Positions 1 through 11,009 of a stretch of 64,000 nucleotides of DNA are shown here, piece by piece (position 1 is the stretch's first letter; each line of letters starts with the position of its first letter). A program made the translations under genes and the position numbers. Under the pieces are notes generated by a model, which saw nothing but the letters and a program-made list of their open reading frames with translations, did no database searches and was not told the origin of the DNA. The stretch is from Sphyrna mokarran (lineage: Eukaryota), in NCBI GenBank assembly GCA_024679065.1, contig JAGIQG010000006.1, positions 47,368,001 to 47,432,000 on the forward strand, given 5' to 3'.

Positions 1-157
1 CACATCTTTCAGACTGTAGGAGGAAACTACAGCACCCAGAGGAAACCAACACAGACATGGGGAGAATGTGCAAACTCCACACAGACAGTGACCCAAGCCA
101 GGAATCGAACCCCAGGTCTCTGGCGCTTTGAAGCAGCAGTGCTAACCACTGTGCCAT
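1..157 (-). mobile_element. HE1/V-SINE, 5' half (tRNA-derived head plus V-domain), cut by the window edge
   Basis: Reverse complement reads GGCACAGTGGTTAGCACTGCTGC...GGGGTTCGATTCC (Pol III boxes A/B), then TGTGTGGAGTTTGCACATTCTCCCC...GGTTTCCTC (V-domain). Confidence 0.9.
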
Positions 158-500
158 TCCCCCCTCCACTCTTCCATGCCCTGAGCTCATTCCACAACTC
201 TCCACACAACCAATTCATCCTTGCCAATCGTGAGCCTCCATGCAATCTTCCAATCTCCTGTTTCCCTTCCTTGTGCTGTAAAGTTAAGCAAGGAAAACTG
301 CTAACTGTACACAATTGCCCAAAGCCGACTGATGCGTGTCACTTTTAAACAATTATCAACCAGGCGCCATGAGACTTATGTGTGCTGCTGACTTTATTTG
401 AAAGTTAGGACATAATTTTTTCAAAGTTTTATATTAATTCCTAACCGTGGTGTGCAAAAGTATTTGAAGTATGAACCCACTCATAGCCATGTAATGCTCG

Positions 501-967
501 GTAAGAAGTCTTACAACATCAGGTTAAAGTCCAACAGGTTTATTTGGTAACAAAAGCCACTAGCTTTTGGAGTGCTGCCCCTTCAGCAGGTGAGTAGGAT
601 TTCTGTTCACAAACAGGGAATATAAAGACACAAACTCAATTTACACGTGAGGAGGCCTTGGGTTCATGGCACACTAGCTGTAATCCCCACAACTTGCCTT
701 GGCTTGCAAAATCTCACTAATTGTCCTTTCTGGAGACAATACATACTTCTTTAACCTGTGCTTAATACTCTCTCCACTCACATTGTCTGTACCTTTAAGA
801 CTCAATTTACAAAATAATGATTGGAATGCGAGTCTTTACAGGTAATCGAGTTTGTGTCTTTATATGCCCCATTTGTGAACAGAAATCCCACGCACCTGAT
901 GAAGGGGCAGCAAGCACTCCAAAAGTTACTGTGTTTACCCCAGTCCAATGCCAGCATCTCCACATCA
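501..967. mobile_element. Penelope-like element remnant with inverted pseudo-LTRs (family 1), hammerhead-bearing
   Basis: 501-646 is the reverse complement of the family right arm. Interior 647-690 resembles the PLE ORF C-terminus (compare FMSQYL* at ~10529). Degenerate CTGATGA...GAAA motifs lie in both arms. Flanks CATGTAA at 488 and 966 suggest a TSD. Confidence 0.8.
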
Positions 968-1071
968 TGTAACGGTTGACATGCTGCAAACACAACACTA
1001 ACTTTATCTCTGCATTTCCACCTGCTGTTGGGAAATCAAAATTTTGCATCCTTTCTAATTAAGTTGCCCTG

Positions 1072-1206
1072 AAAAACATTTTCCCATCCTGCCCATCACG
1101 GGAATTGTAGCAAGGAGGATGGAAAATTCAGCAGACCATGTAAAGGTTGACCCTGGGGAAGGAATTTCTTGTCTTGGGGATGTGGAAGATTGAAAAATCC
1201 TGCTGA
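1072..1206. mobile_element. Harbinger-type MITE, degenerate
   Basis: Similar to the copies at 60821 and 61022 (ATTTTCC...AAAATCC ends, internal GTTGACC..GGG..GGAATTT). Confidence 0.55.
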
Positions 1207-1384
1207 CTATGTTTCCTATTCTTGTGGACTATAAAATCCCTGCTGAGTTTAAAATAATGACCCTAAAGTTACAAGTTCAACTGTGACTCTTTACCTTTAG
1301 TCAGATAAGCATAAGTGTTGACAGAAAATCATTCTCTCCATGTTTACTTTAGAGACAATGCCAACTTTCATTCGAGAATAGCAA

Positions 1385-1826
1385 CTTTTTTTTATTTATT
1401 CATAGAGTGTGCAGTGTGACTGGCAAAGCCCACATTTACTGCCCTTACCAACTTTCTCGTAAGAAAGTGGTGATGAGCTAACTTTTATAATACAACTGAA
1501 TGATTTTTTAGGCCATATTAGAAGGGTGTTCAGAGTCAAAAACATTGCCGGGGCTCTGGTATTACAATTAAAACTTTAAGATAAACTATTTAATTTGCAT
1601 TTCACATTTCACTGCCAGGCCAGATAGCAAATTCCCTTTTTTAAAGGGAAAGGCTTCATCAGGCTAAATGGCCTTCTGCTGTAGTGACTCTAAGGTTTGT
1701 GAGCCAGATAGGTTTTACAACAATCCAGTAGTTTCATGATCACCATTACTCATACTAGATTTATTATTCCAGTTTTATTTAACTAATTAAATTTAAATTT
1801 CCCAAGTGCTATAGTTTGAACTCATG
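1385..1826 (-). mobile_element. tRNA-derived SINE with Crack-type tail (possibly Meta/MESC-domain), degenerate, interrupted by HE1
   Basis: Colinear with the copies at 13093 and 29625; its tail matches the 3' end of the LINE at 4636-5450. Confidence 0.65.
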
Positions 1827-2156
1827 GTGCAGAAGGAGGCCATTCGACCTATTGAGTCTGTGCTAATTCTTCAACAGAGTATCTTACCCAGGCTTTATTC
1901 CTGTAACCCCACATATTTGTCCGACTAACCCTTGTAACTTACACATCTTGGAACACTAGGGCACAATTTAGCGTGGCCAATCAACCTAACTCGTAAGATT
2001 TTTGGAATGTGTGAGGAAACCTCAGCACACAAGGAAATCCACGCAGAGATGGGGAAAATGTGCTAACGCCACACAGCCAGTCACCCAAAGGTGGAATTGA
2101 ACCCAGATCCCTGGTGCCCTGAGGCATTAGTGTGAACCACTGTGCCACTACGCCAC
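1827..2156 (-). mobile_element. HE1/V-SINE, CR1-type tail
   Basis: Head, V-domain and GAATGGCCTCCTTCTGCAC tail on the minus strand. Confidence 0.9.
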
Positions 2157-2204
2157 AATCTATGGGTTACTACGGACCTAAAAAATAATTATTATTTAGT
2201 TTAT

Positions 2205-4458
2205 AGATATTGATCCAAAACATTCTGTGGAAGATTCCATCCCTACCAGGGGAGGACGTGTTAGAGCTTCTAGGTAGCATTAAAACTGATAAATCTCAGG
2301 GGCCTGATGGCGTTTATCACAGGTTGCTTAGGGAGTGCAAGGTGAAATTGCTGGGCCTCTGATGCAAATCTTTGTCTCTTCTTTGGACACAGGTGAGGTC
2401 CCAGAGGACTGGAGAATAGCTAATGTTGTACCGTTATTTAAAAAGGATACTAGGGATAACCCTGGGAATTATAGGCTGGTGAGTTTGACGTCAGTGGTAG
2501 GGAAGCTGTTGGAGGGGATTCTTAGAGATGGGATGTATAGGCACTTAGAACGTTGCAATCTGATTAGGGATACGCAGAATGGCTTTGTGAAGGGGAGGTC
2601 ATGCCTTACGAATCTGGTAGAATCTTTTGAGGAGGTGATGAAAACAGTCGATGAAGGGTGAGCCGTTGATGTCGTCTACATGGATTTCAGTAAGGCATTT
2701 AACAAAGTCCCTCATGGGAGGTTAATTGAAAAGGTCAAGGCTCATGGGATACAAGGACAGGTAGCTAGATGGATAAGTAATTGGCTTAGTAATAGGATGA
2801 CGTAGAAATGCCGGCGTTTGACTGGGGTTAAACTCAGTAAGAGTCTGGCAACACCAATTTTAAATCCAACCAATTTATTTGATAGTAAACCTGCTTGCTT
2901 TCGGCGTTTTTGCCTTCGTCAGGTGAATGAGGTGTTCGCCTAATAGGAGACAGAGAGTAATAGTGGAAGGGTGTTTTTCTGGCTGGAGGTCAGTCACTAG
3001 TGGTGTGCCGCAAGGCTCAGTACTGGGACCTCTTCTATTTGTAATACATATAAATGACTTGGAAGAGGGAGTAAGTGGTGTGATCAGCAAGTTTGCAGAT
3101 GATACAAAGATGGCTGGACTTGCAGATAGTGAAGAGCATTGTTAGGTGATGCAGCAGGACATAGATAGGCTGGTAGCTTGGGGCAGATAGATGACAGATG
3201 GAATTCAATCCTGATAAATGAGAGGTGATGCATTTCGGGAGAAAGAATGTAGGGGGGAGGTACATGATAAAGGGTAGACCTATTAAGAGTATAGAAACGC
3301 AGAGGGACCTGGGGGTGCAGGTGCACAAGCCTCTGAAGGTGGCAGAGCAGGTAGAGAAGGCTGTGAAGAAAGCATATAGTATGCTAGCCTTTATAGGAAG
3401 GGATATAGAGTACAAGAGCTGGCCTTTAATGTTGCAGTTGTATAAAATGTTGGTTAGACCTCATTTGGAATACTGCATCCAGTTCTGATCACCTTACTAC
3501 TGGAAGGACATCGATTCTCTGGATAGAGTGCAGAGGAGGTTTACCAGGATGCTGCCTGGTATGGAAGGTCTTAGTTACGAGGAGAGATTAGGCAACTTGG
3601 GACTGTTTTCCTTAGAAAGACATAGACTTAGAGGAGATCTAATAGAGGTGTACAAGATTATGAGGGGTATAGATAGAGTAAACTGGGTTAAGCTTTTTCT
3701 TAGGATGGACTTGAATAGCACGAGGGGTCACGAGCTTAGGGTGAAGGGAGTAAGGTATAATTTGGACGCTAGAGGGAGTTTTTTCACATAGAGAGTGGGG
3801 GGGGTATGGAATGCACTGCCAAGTAAAGTGGTGGAGGCAGGCACTCTGGAGTTATTTAAAAGATACTTAGATGGGCACATGAACAGAATGGAAATGGAGG
3901 GGTATAGAAAACTGATTTAAAATAGGGATCATGAGCCTTGGGAATTCCTGGGAAGTGTGGAAATAGATGATGATATTGATGTACTTGTTTTTATCCTACA
4001 GGTGTTTTGGTCCACCTTGTTGTCTAACGAGGGGCATACACACGATGGGCCGTGAGAGGGCTGCTCTTGGATTTTTTTTCGAGAGTATCCTAGTACTTCA
4101 CGTTGTTAGTGTACGCTTGACCTGAACCATTTGATGGGCAACACGACAGCTCAGTGACTTTTGCTGTGCTGTGCAGATACATGGATTTGGCCTGTGTCTG
4201 TGGGAGTTTTGTATTCTCCCCATGCTTGCGTGGGTTTTCTCCGGGTGCTCCGGTTTCCTCCCACATCCCAAAGATGTGCTCTTAGGCTAATTGGCAAAAC
4301 AAATTCTCCCTAAATTGTCTCAAATTTGGTTTTTAATCCATAGATTTATAAACATAGATAGGGATCACAGGTAGAGATGGGAACATCGGGGTGGTGGCAC
4401 GGGCTTGTTGGGCCGATGGGCCTGTTTCCCGTGCTGTTTTGTTCTTTGTTTTTTGTTC
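2205..4458 (+). mobile_element. CR1 LINE (HER1-like), 5'-truncated, decayed ORF2 RT with an unusually long 3' UTR
   Basis: ORF fragments [80 protein letters not shown]2 ends ~3920. Terminal GGGCCGATGGGCC stem and TTGTTCT-like tail at 4410-4458. Confidence 0.95.
2798..2940 (-). mobile_element. 143-bp PLE pseudo-LTR/hammerhead cassette inserted in the CR1
   Basis: Exact 8-bp TSD TAATAGGA (2790-2797 and 2941-2948). Removing the insert restores CR1 [15 protein letters not shown]. Minus strand reads CAC-CTGACGA-A-GGC-AAAAAC-GCC-GAAA followed by the family-1 3' end. Confidence 0.88.
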
Positions 4459-4635
4459 AGACAATGATAGTGATGGCATCCTTTCCAAAAGAGTTTCTTC
4501 ACAGCACCCTTAGTTTGCTGTGCTATTGAAGACATCTGGATACCTTCCTATGGAGAAAAGTTGATTCTGCTCTTTAATTTCTGCTTCTACTAGGCAAATG
4601 GATTCCAGTGGATTGAAATAGGGCTCTTTGTTCAA

Positions 4636-5450
4636 ATGCAAAAAGATCTGGATAATATCCAGGCTTGGGCTAACAAGTGGCAAGTAACATTCACGCCACA
4701 CAAATGCCAGGCAACATCCATCACCAATAAGAGACACTCTAACCACCATTTCTTGACATTCAGTGGTGTAACCATCACTGAATCCTCCACTATCAACATC
4801 CCTGGGGTTACTGTTGACCAGAAACTGAACTGGACTCATCACATAAACAAAGTGGCTACAAGAGCAGATCAAAAGTTGGGAATACTGTGGTGAGTAATTC
4901 ACCTCCTGACTCCCCAGCGCCTAACCACCATCTACAAGGTACGAGTCAGGAATGTGACGGAAAACTCCTGACTTGCCTGGATGGGTGCAGCTCCAACAAC
5001 ACTCCAGGAGCTTGACGTTATCCAGACAAAGCAGCCCACTTAATTGGCACCATATCAACAAACATTCAATCCCTCTATCAGTAGTAACAGTGTGTACTAT
5101 CTACAAGATGCATTTCAGCAATTCACCAAAGATCCTTAGACAGCACCTTCCAAATCCACAACAACTTCCATTTAGAAGCATAAGGACAGCAGATAACTGG
5201 GAACACCACCAACTGCAAGTTCTCTTCCAAGCCACTCACCATCCTACTTGGAAATACATCACCGTTCCTTCGCAATCGCTGGGTCAAACTTTTGGAATTC
5301 CCTTCTGAACAGCATTGTGGATCAACCCAAAGCACATAGACTGCAGTGATTCAAGAAGGCAGCTCACCATCATCTTCTGAAGGGTAACTAGGGATGGGCA
5401 ATAAATGCTGGCCAGCCAATGATATTCATGTCCCATGAATGAATAAAAAG
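4636..5450 (+). mobile_element. CR1-group (L2/Crack-like) LINE 3' fragment
   Basis: QKDLDNIQAWANKWQVTF..GVTVDQKLNWTHHI thumb region; tail GGCAGCTCACCATCATCTTCTGAAGGG..GGGATGGGCAATAAATGCTGGCC..ATGAATGAATAAAA. Confidence 0.85.
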
Positions 5451-6014
5451 AATTATGCCTATTTCAATATGAAAAGGATGTTAATTTTGCATGTTGAAAT
5501 GAATTCCCTTTACAAATTAAATTATATTTCAAATTAAATGACTTAGTTTCCCTTGTACTGCATAAAGTGAAAAAGGATAAACTTCAGATTCAAGGAAATA
5601 CTTTGGAACCAAATTAGCCTTGATCTACTGGAGACAATTTTCATTGCATTCTCAGTGTCAGTGGAGCAATGGCAGGGTGAAAATCACTCTAAAGATAATG
5701 ATCGATTTACCACGAGAAAACATTTTCTGATCTTTGGATGCATTTCAATTCAGGCAATCTGAATTTTGCCTGAAATCACTGGGGACCAAATACTAGGGTA
5801 AAAGTCATATATCATTTTTCAGATCAAGGTACTAGTTTTAAATGAATCAGCTCATCTGCCACTGCTTCTCTGGCTCACTCTTAAATGGTAGGAAGTACAG
5901 GGAAGCAACCATTGGCTGTGTTATTTAGAAGCACAGTCAGTTGTAGTCAGGGAAGCTACTACAACTTCCCTGTAGTAATGACTTTTTCTTCATTAGTTTT
6001 GGAACTTACGTTCA

Positions 6015-6447
6015 GATTTGGCTCAGCGGTAGCCCTCTAAGTCAGAAGGTCATGAGTTCAAGTCCCACTTCAGGGATTTGAGCACATAATCTTGGCTGAC
6101 ACTTCAGTGCTATCCTGAGGGAGTTTTGTACTGTCAATGAGGTGGGGTGAGGGGAGGGGGGGATGCTATCTTCTTGAATAATACAAATCTGTTCTTTCAG
6201 GTGGATGTAAAAGATTTCAAAGGAGATTAGGGGAGTTTGCTCAGAGTTCTGGATAACATTTATCCCTCAACCAATGAATTATCTGGTTATCATCTCATTG
6301 CTATTTGTGGGACCTTGTGATGTGTATATTGACTGCTGTGTTTCCTACATTATAACTGTGACTTCAATTCAAAAATAGTTCAATGGCTGCAAATACTTTG
6401 AGCAATCTTGAGGATGTGACAGGAGCTATATAAATGCATCATCTTTG
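6015..6447 (+). mobile_element. Deu-domain SINE (SacSINE1/AmnSINE1-like), near full length
   Basis: tRNA-like head GGCTCAGCGGTAG..GTTCAAGTCCCAC; body CAGGTGGATGTAAAAGAT..ATTTATCCCTCAACCAA..TTGCTATTTGTGGGA; L2-type tail GCTATATAAATGCA. Confidence 0.85.
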
Positions 6448-6949
6448 ATTTTTTTTCTTTGACTTTTAATCCTTTAAGATTCCCTGCTGCTGGTTTGCAT
6501 TTCGCTGCCAAATCAATTACCTCATCCCAATGTTTTCAGCCCCCTCTTTAAAATGCCAACAGTCTTTTCTCTGTCAGATTTCATGTGCCAATCACAATCT
6601 CATATTGTGGTCTGCCTCTAAGAGTTAGCAATGGATCGACATTCAAAGTTAAATGAGGCTTGAACATAAAGGATATTAGGCCTCCAGTCATTCTGATAGA
6701 GTGAACAAAATGGATACTGGACAGATTGGTTACTGCACCTATCGCCCATCACTCCTCCGTTTTGGTAGGAAATAATGTAATAACCTTTATATCCCAACTG
6801 TACATGATTAAGATTCAAGAGAAGTGGATTTGTCATCCAAGCTTTTAAATCACATTACTGAACTTATCAAGTTAAAACCTATTTTAGTCTTCGCTGTTAT
6901 GCTGTTAACTCCCACATCTACATCTGTCTTTGCTACAGCTCCATCAGGT

Positions 6950-7580
6950 TTTTGCCCTGCTACTGGTGCACAATCCTTTTGTCATCCCTCTTCATTTCTT
7001 TTAAGCTATTGATATGGTTAACAATATTATTTTCTTCCAACATTTCCTCCATTGTCCATCTCAGTGGGTCTGGCCACACACTGCCCCAGGCTCACTCATC
7101 CAATTCTGCCAAAGTACCTCAATAAACAATATCTCTTCATGTTCCCTCACTTTGGAATGTCCGGAGTTCTCTCAGACTTGATAGCTGGCCCGTTCCTCTT
7201 CTTCGTCTATATGTTCCTCCTTAGTAATTTACATAAAAACTTTAGCCTCTAGTTGTACACTGACAAAATCCCCATTATCTGTATCAAACCCTCAGCTGCA
7301 ATTGTGTTGTCAGGCTGCTTACCCAACTTCTAACCCTTAATAAGTTGCAATTTAAATATCAGGGAGACCAAAGTGATTATCTTCACTCCCTGCCACACAC
7401 TCCTCCATACCCTCTCCAAAGATTTATATCTTCCCAATTTCTCAGATTGAAACAATTGGCAACATTTCTTCACAACATTTGGCATCTCATTTGGCTTCAA
7501 GCTGAATTTCTAAATTCATATCCTATTCATCACTAAGATCAGTAACTTCAACTTCCATAACAGTACCTGTCTTTCCTCTG
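6950..7580 (+). mobile_element. Old L2 LINE RT fragment
   Basis: SGVLSDLIAGPFLFFVYMFLLSNL..LYTDKIPI aligns with L2-type SGVPQGSILGPLLFLIYMLPLG..YADDTQL. Confidence 0.65.
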
Positions 7581-7713
7581 TTGCATCTGTTGCGATTCGT
7601 GGTAGAAGTGTGTACATTCACATTGGACACCATCTTGTCCCCAAATGGACCCATCGCTCCCAAAAAATTGTGCTAACAAGCCCAAATTTGTGCTTAGTAT
7701 ATTTTGTCCAATT

Positions 7714-7832
7714 GGCTGGAATTTTACCTATGGATAAGGGTAAGATGGGTAAGAGGCAGACAACAAAAAGGTCCATTGACCTTGGGTGGGATTTTATGAC
7801 TTTGGGATGAATGAGGCCATAAAATCCTACCC
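7714..7832. mobile_element. Harbinger-type ~120-bp MITE
   Basis: Ends GGCTGGAATTTTA / TAAAATCCTACCC; internal GGTCCATTGACCTTGGGTGGGATTTTA. Confidence 0.75.
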
Positions 7833-9002
7833 ACAGTTTATGTCCAAATAACTGTGCCGCTAACAGATATTAATACTTCCCCATTTTAACAATTATTAAT
7901 ACACCACTTGTATCTTTATTAATCAATAAATATATATGTAAGCATTTGTCTACAGAACAGTCAATTTTGATACCAATGTAATTTTTATTTTTTCTATTAG
8001 GTGATCCAATTATAAATATAGATGTAACAAGTTTTACTATTGGCTTCTATTGCAATCCATTATGTTAGATCTGATATTAATAATGTCTATAATAAACCAT
8101 AGCTATGAATCAAAGTATTCTGAAGATACCAACCTTCAGCAACTCTTTGAAATCCTAGATAATGCAAACAAAGACATTCCTTCCCGGAATATACTGATAA
8201 ATAGTTCAATTTAACTCCATGGAATTGTCTAATCTATCTTTAACTTCCGCAAAAGGTTCCAATCTAGTTTGCAGGATTTGTTTATTATATGGCTTTTTGC
8301 CAGCACTTTCAGACAAGGACTGAAGTTATAAAATACAAATGTTTTTAAATTTAGCTACCTATGGAGTATGAGATTGTTGGCAATGTGCTCTCAGGGTATA
8401 TATAATTCATTGATAATGATAATGTCATAAATTGTTAGCTTGCAAACATAACAGACTTGCTCAATTGAGTCATTCATTTCATGGCAGAAATATATTATTT
8501 TATAATATTTATTTGACAGAAATCTTTAGACCTATGCCATTCTAACCTATCACATACAATAAAATTTATCTATCCATTATTTTAGTAGATGCTTTAAAAC
8601 ATCAATGAATTTGGCATAATAGTTGTGTCAACTATATTTTGGTCCTTTAAGAGGGGATAAACATTTAGAAGCAGAAGACAAGTTATAGAGGGTGCAGGGC
8701 AATGGGAATAACTTTGAACTTCTCTAGCAAAAAAACAGCTCAGATCATAATTGAAAGAAATGGCCTCCTTTTGTGTATAAACCCTTGTAGTTCTTTGGAA
8801 AAGTAGTCCACATCCCTTCATCCGCAAGAAAAGATGATGTGTCATCCAAAAGACAGAAAGGAAAATATATATGTTTATCAGCCTGGCTACTTAATAATAT
8901 TATTTATTTATTTAGAAATGGACAGAGGCTACTCTGATGTGTCTGACTAGCCATGATTCATATGAGAGGAATTTGTAGTCTTTGGAAAACAAGCAGGGAC
9001 CT

Positions 9003-9969
9003 TGTTATCATTAAAGATGTGCTAACGCTCCCCCATGACAACAGAATATTAAATTCCAAAGAAAAGCACCAACACCCTTGACACTAAGACACAGCTGGCC
9101 ATTGGAGACAGCGGGCGGGATTTTACGGCCTTGCTTGTTCAGAAACTGTAAAATTCCACCCGAGGTCAATGGACCATTCCATGGTCTGTCCCTCGTCCAT
9201 TCCAATTCCTGCAGCAGGTACGACATTAAAATTCCAATGGGTATGTCTGCAAGAACCAGAAGGAACCCTGACTCATCTAGTAAACATCTCAAGATTCCAG
9301 ACTTGGACAAACATTCTTTGTCCAAAACCCAAGAGAGGAAGTGGGAGGTATGTCACATGACCTCTCCCAAGCTGCTAGAACCTGTAATATTGCCATGTGG
9401 AAGTGAATCCTGACATTCCACATTTTTGCTACCCTACGGGTAGCAGCAGAAAGAACTCTGTCCAGATAAATTGCCTGACCCTCATCTACACTGTGTGCTA
9501 CACTGGAAACATCGGAACTCCCGTATCAGTGCCTGTAAGACTAATTCATCACAGCATGCCTTCTTCCATCATGAAAGTTCTTGCTTCTGGAAAAATGGAT
9601 CGTCCTGCTAACCTCTGAAGCGATGCATCATTAGACTTTTGATTCTGGGCTCATGTGAAACAAGGTCTTGCCCTGTATCCCTTTTTTACCCTTATCCCTC
9701 TTTTATTATATGTGTGAAAAAGAGACAGGCATTGTAAAATCCCTTCCCATTTTTATGTGTGTTTAAAATAAACCAAGATTTTATTTTATCTCACGTTTGC
9801 TACAAGATTATTAATAGACAATCGGGTCACTCCAAGATGAAAGATTGGGGAAAATGCACCACCATTTATGAAGGGGGAAACAAAAGACAAACGTACTTTT
9901 CTATTCACAGACAGGTTGTAAGTGGAGAAACCAGGGCTGCTTAAAGTAATTTCCCTTCTGTCTGTAACA
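9003..9969 (+). mobile_element. Possible solo LTR hosting the MITE at 9111
   Basis: TGTT...TAACA ends and AATAAA at ~9767; no TSD found. Confidence 0.3.
9111..9236. mobile_element. Harbinger-type MITE, same family, opposite orientation
   Basis: GGGCGGGATTTTACGG...GTAAAATTCCACCCGAGGTCAATGGACC...AAAATTCC. Confidence 0.75.
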
Positions 9970-10348
9970 AAGATAATTTAGCCTCAGTTGGTGAGTTCAG
10001 ATGAGATCATCTGCTACACTTTTGTGGCTAAACAAGTCAATTTTGGAAAAGCAAAGTTCTCCGTTGCTGTGATGTGAAATGATCTCTGCTGATGCATTTT
10101 TGGAGGGGTGGCATCTACTTTGGAAGTTTTGAAACTGTGGTGGCAAATTCTTATCCACAGCTGATATTACCATATTGTTACGAATTTGGAAAGTTAATGA
10201 GGTTAACAGTTGAACTTGAAATGAAAACAAAATAACAAGCAAACAACAAAATTATGAGATGAATAATGAGATATGATTTGCCCAGTAACAAGATTAGCAA
10301 GCATTTAGAGAAATTGAGGTGAGAATTGCCATGTCAGAGAAGCTGTTT

Positions 10349-10883
10349 AGAAGTCTGACAACACCAGATTAAAATCCAACAGGCTTATTTGGTAGCAAAA
10401 GCCACTAGCTTTCAGAGCACTGCTCCTTCATCAGGTAAATGGGAGTCCTGTTCCCAAACAGGGCTTATAAAGACACAAACTCAATTTACAAAATAATGGT
10501 TGGAATGTAAGTCTTTACAGGTAATCAATTCATGTCACAGTATCTGTAATCCCTATGATTTGCCTGGGCTTGCAAAATCCCACTACCTGTCCCAGCTGGA
10601 GACAATATTCTTTAACCTGTGCTTCATTCTCTCTCCACTCACATTGTTTGTACCTTTAAGACTTGATTACCTGTAAAGACTCGCATTCCAACCATTATTT
10701 TGTTAATTGAATTTGTGTCTTTATATGTCCTGTTTGAGAGCAAAATTCCGACTTACTTGGTGAAAGAGCAGCATTCTAAAAGGTAATGGCTTTTGCTACC
10801 AAATAAATCTGTTGGACTTTAACCTGATATTGTGAGACTTCTTATTGTGTTTACCCCAGTCCAACACTGGCATCTCCATATCA
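10349..10883. mobile_element. Penelope-like element remnant with ~180-bp inverted pseudo-LTRs (family 1)
   Basis: 10349-10528 is the reverse complement of ~10663-10843. The right arm has a ~40-nt extra tail ending GGCATCTCCATATCA. Interior begins FMSQYL*. Imperfect TSD TCAGAGAAGCTGTTT (10334) / TCAGAAAAACTGTTT (10881). Confidence 0.85.
10403..10437 (-). ncRNA. Minimal type I hammerhead ribozyme motif (PLE type), core intact
   Basis: Minus strand UAC-CUGAUGA-A-GGAGC-AGU-GCUCU-GAA-AGCU-A-GUG: stem I UAC/GUG, 5-bp stem II, and palindromic AGCU in place of stem III. Confidence 0.75.
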
Positions 10884-11009
10884 GAAAAACTGTTTCCCAG
10901 AGATCAGTGGAGCTGTACAAATGATAACTTCTAAAGACAAGGAATTTCAGAAATGTAGACAATCAATCCGTAGGATAGAATATTGAAAAAACTGAACAAT
11001 ATAACTGCT

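Noticed and set aside
8134-8319. 186-nt minus-strand segment between a CAG acceptor and an AAG|GTTGGT donor
   Set aside because: Stop codons in all three frames and no recognisable peptide.
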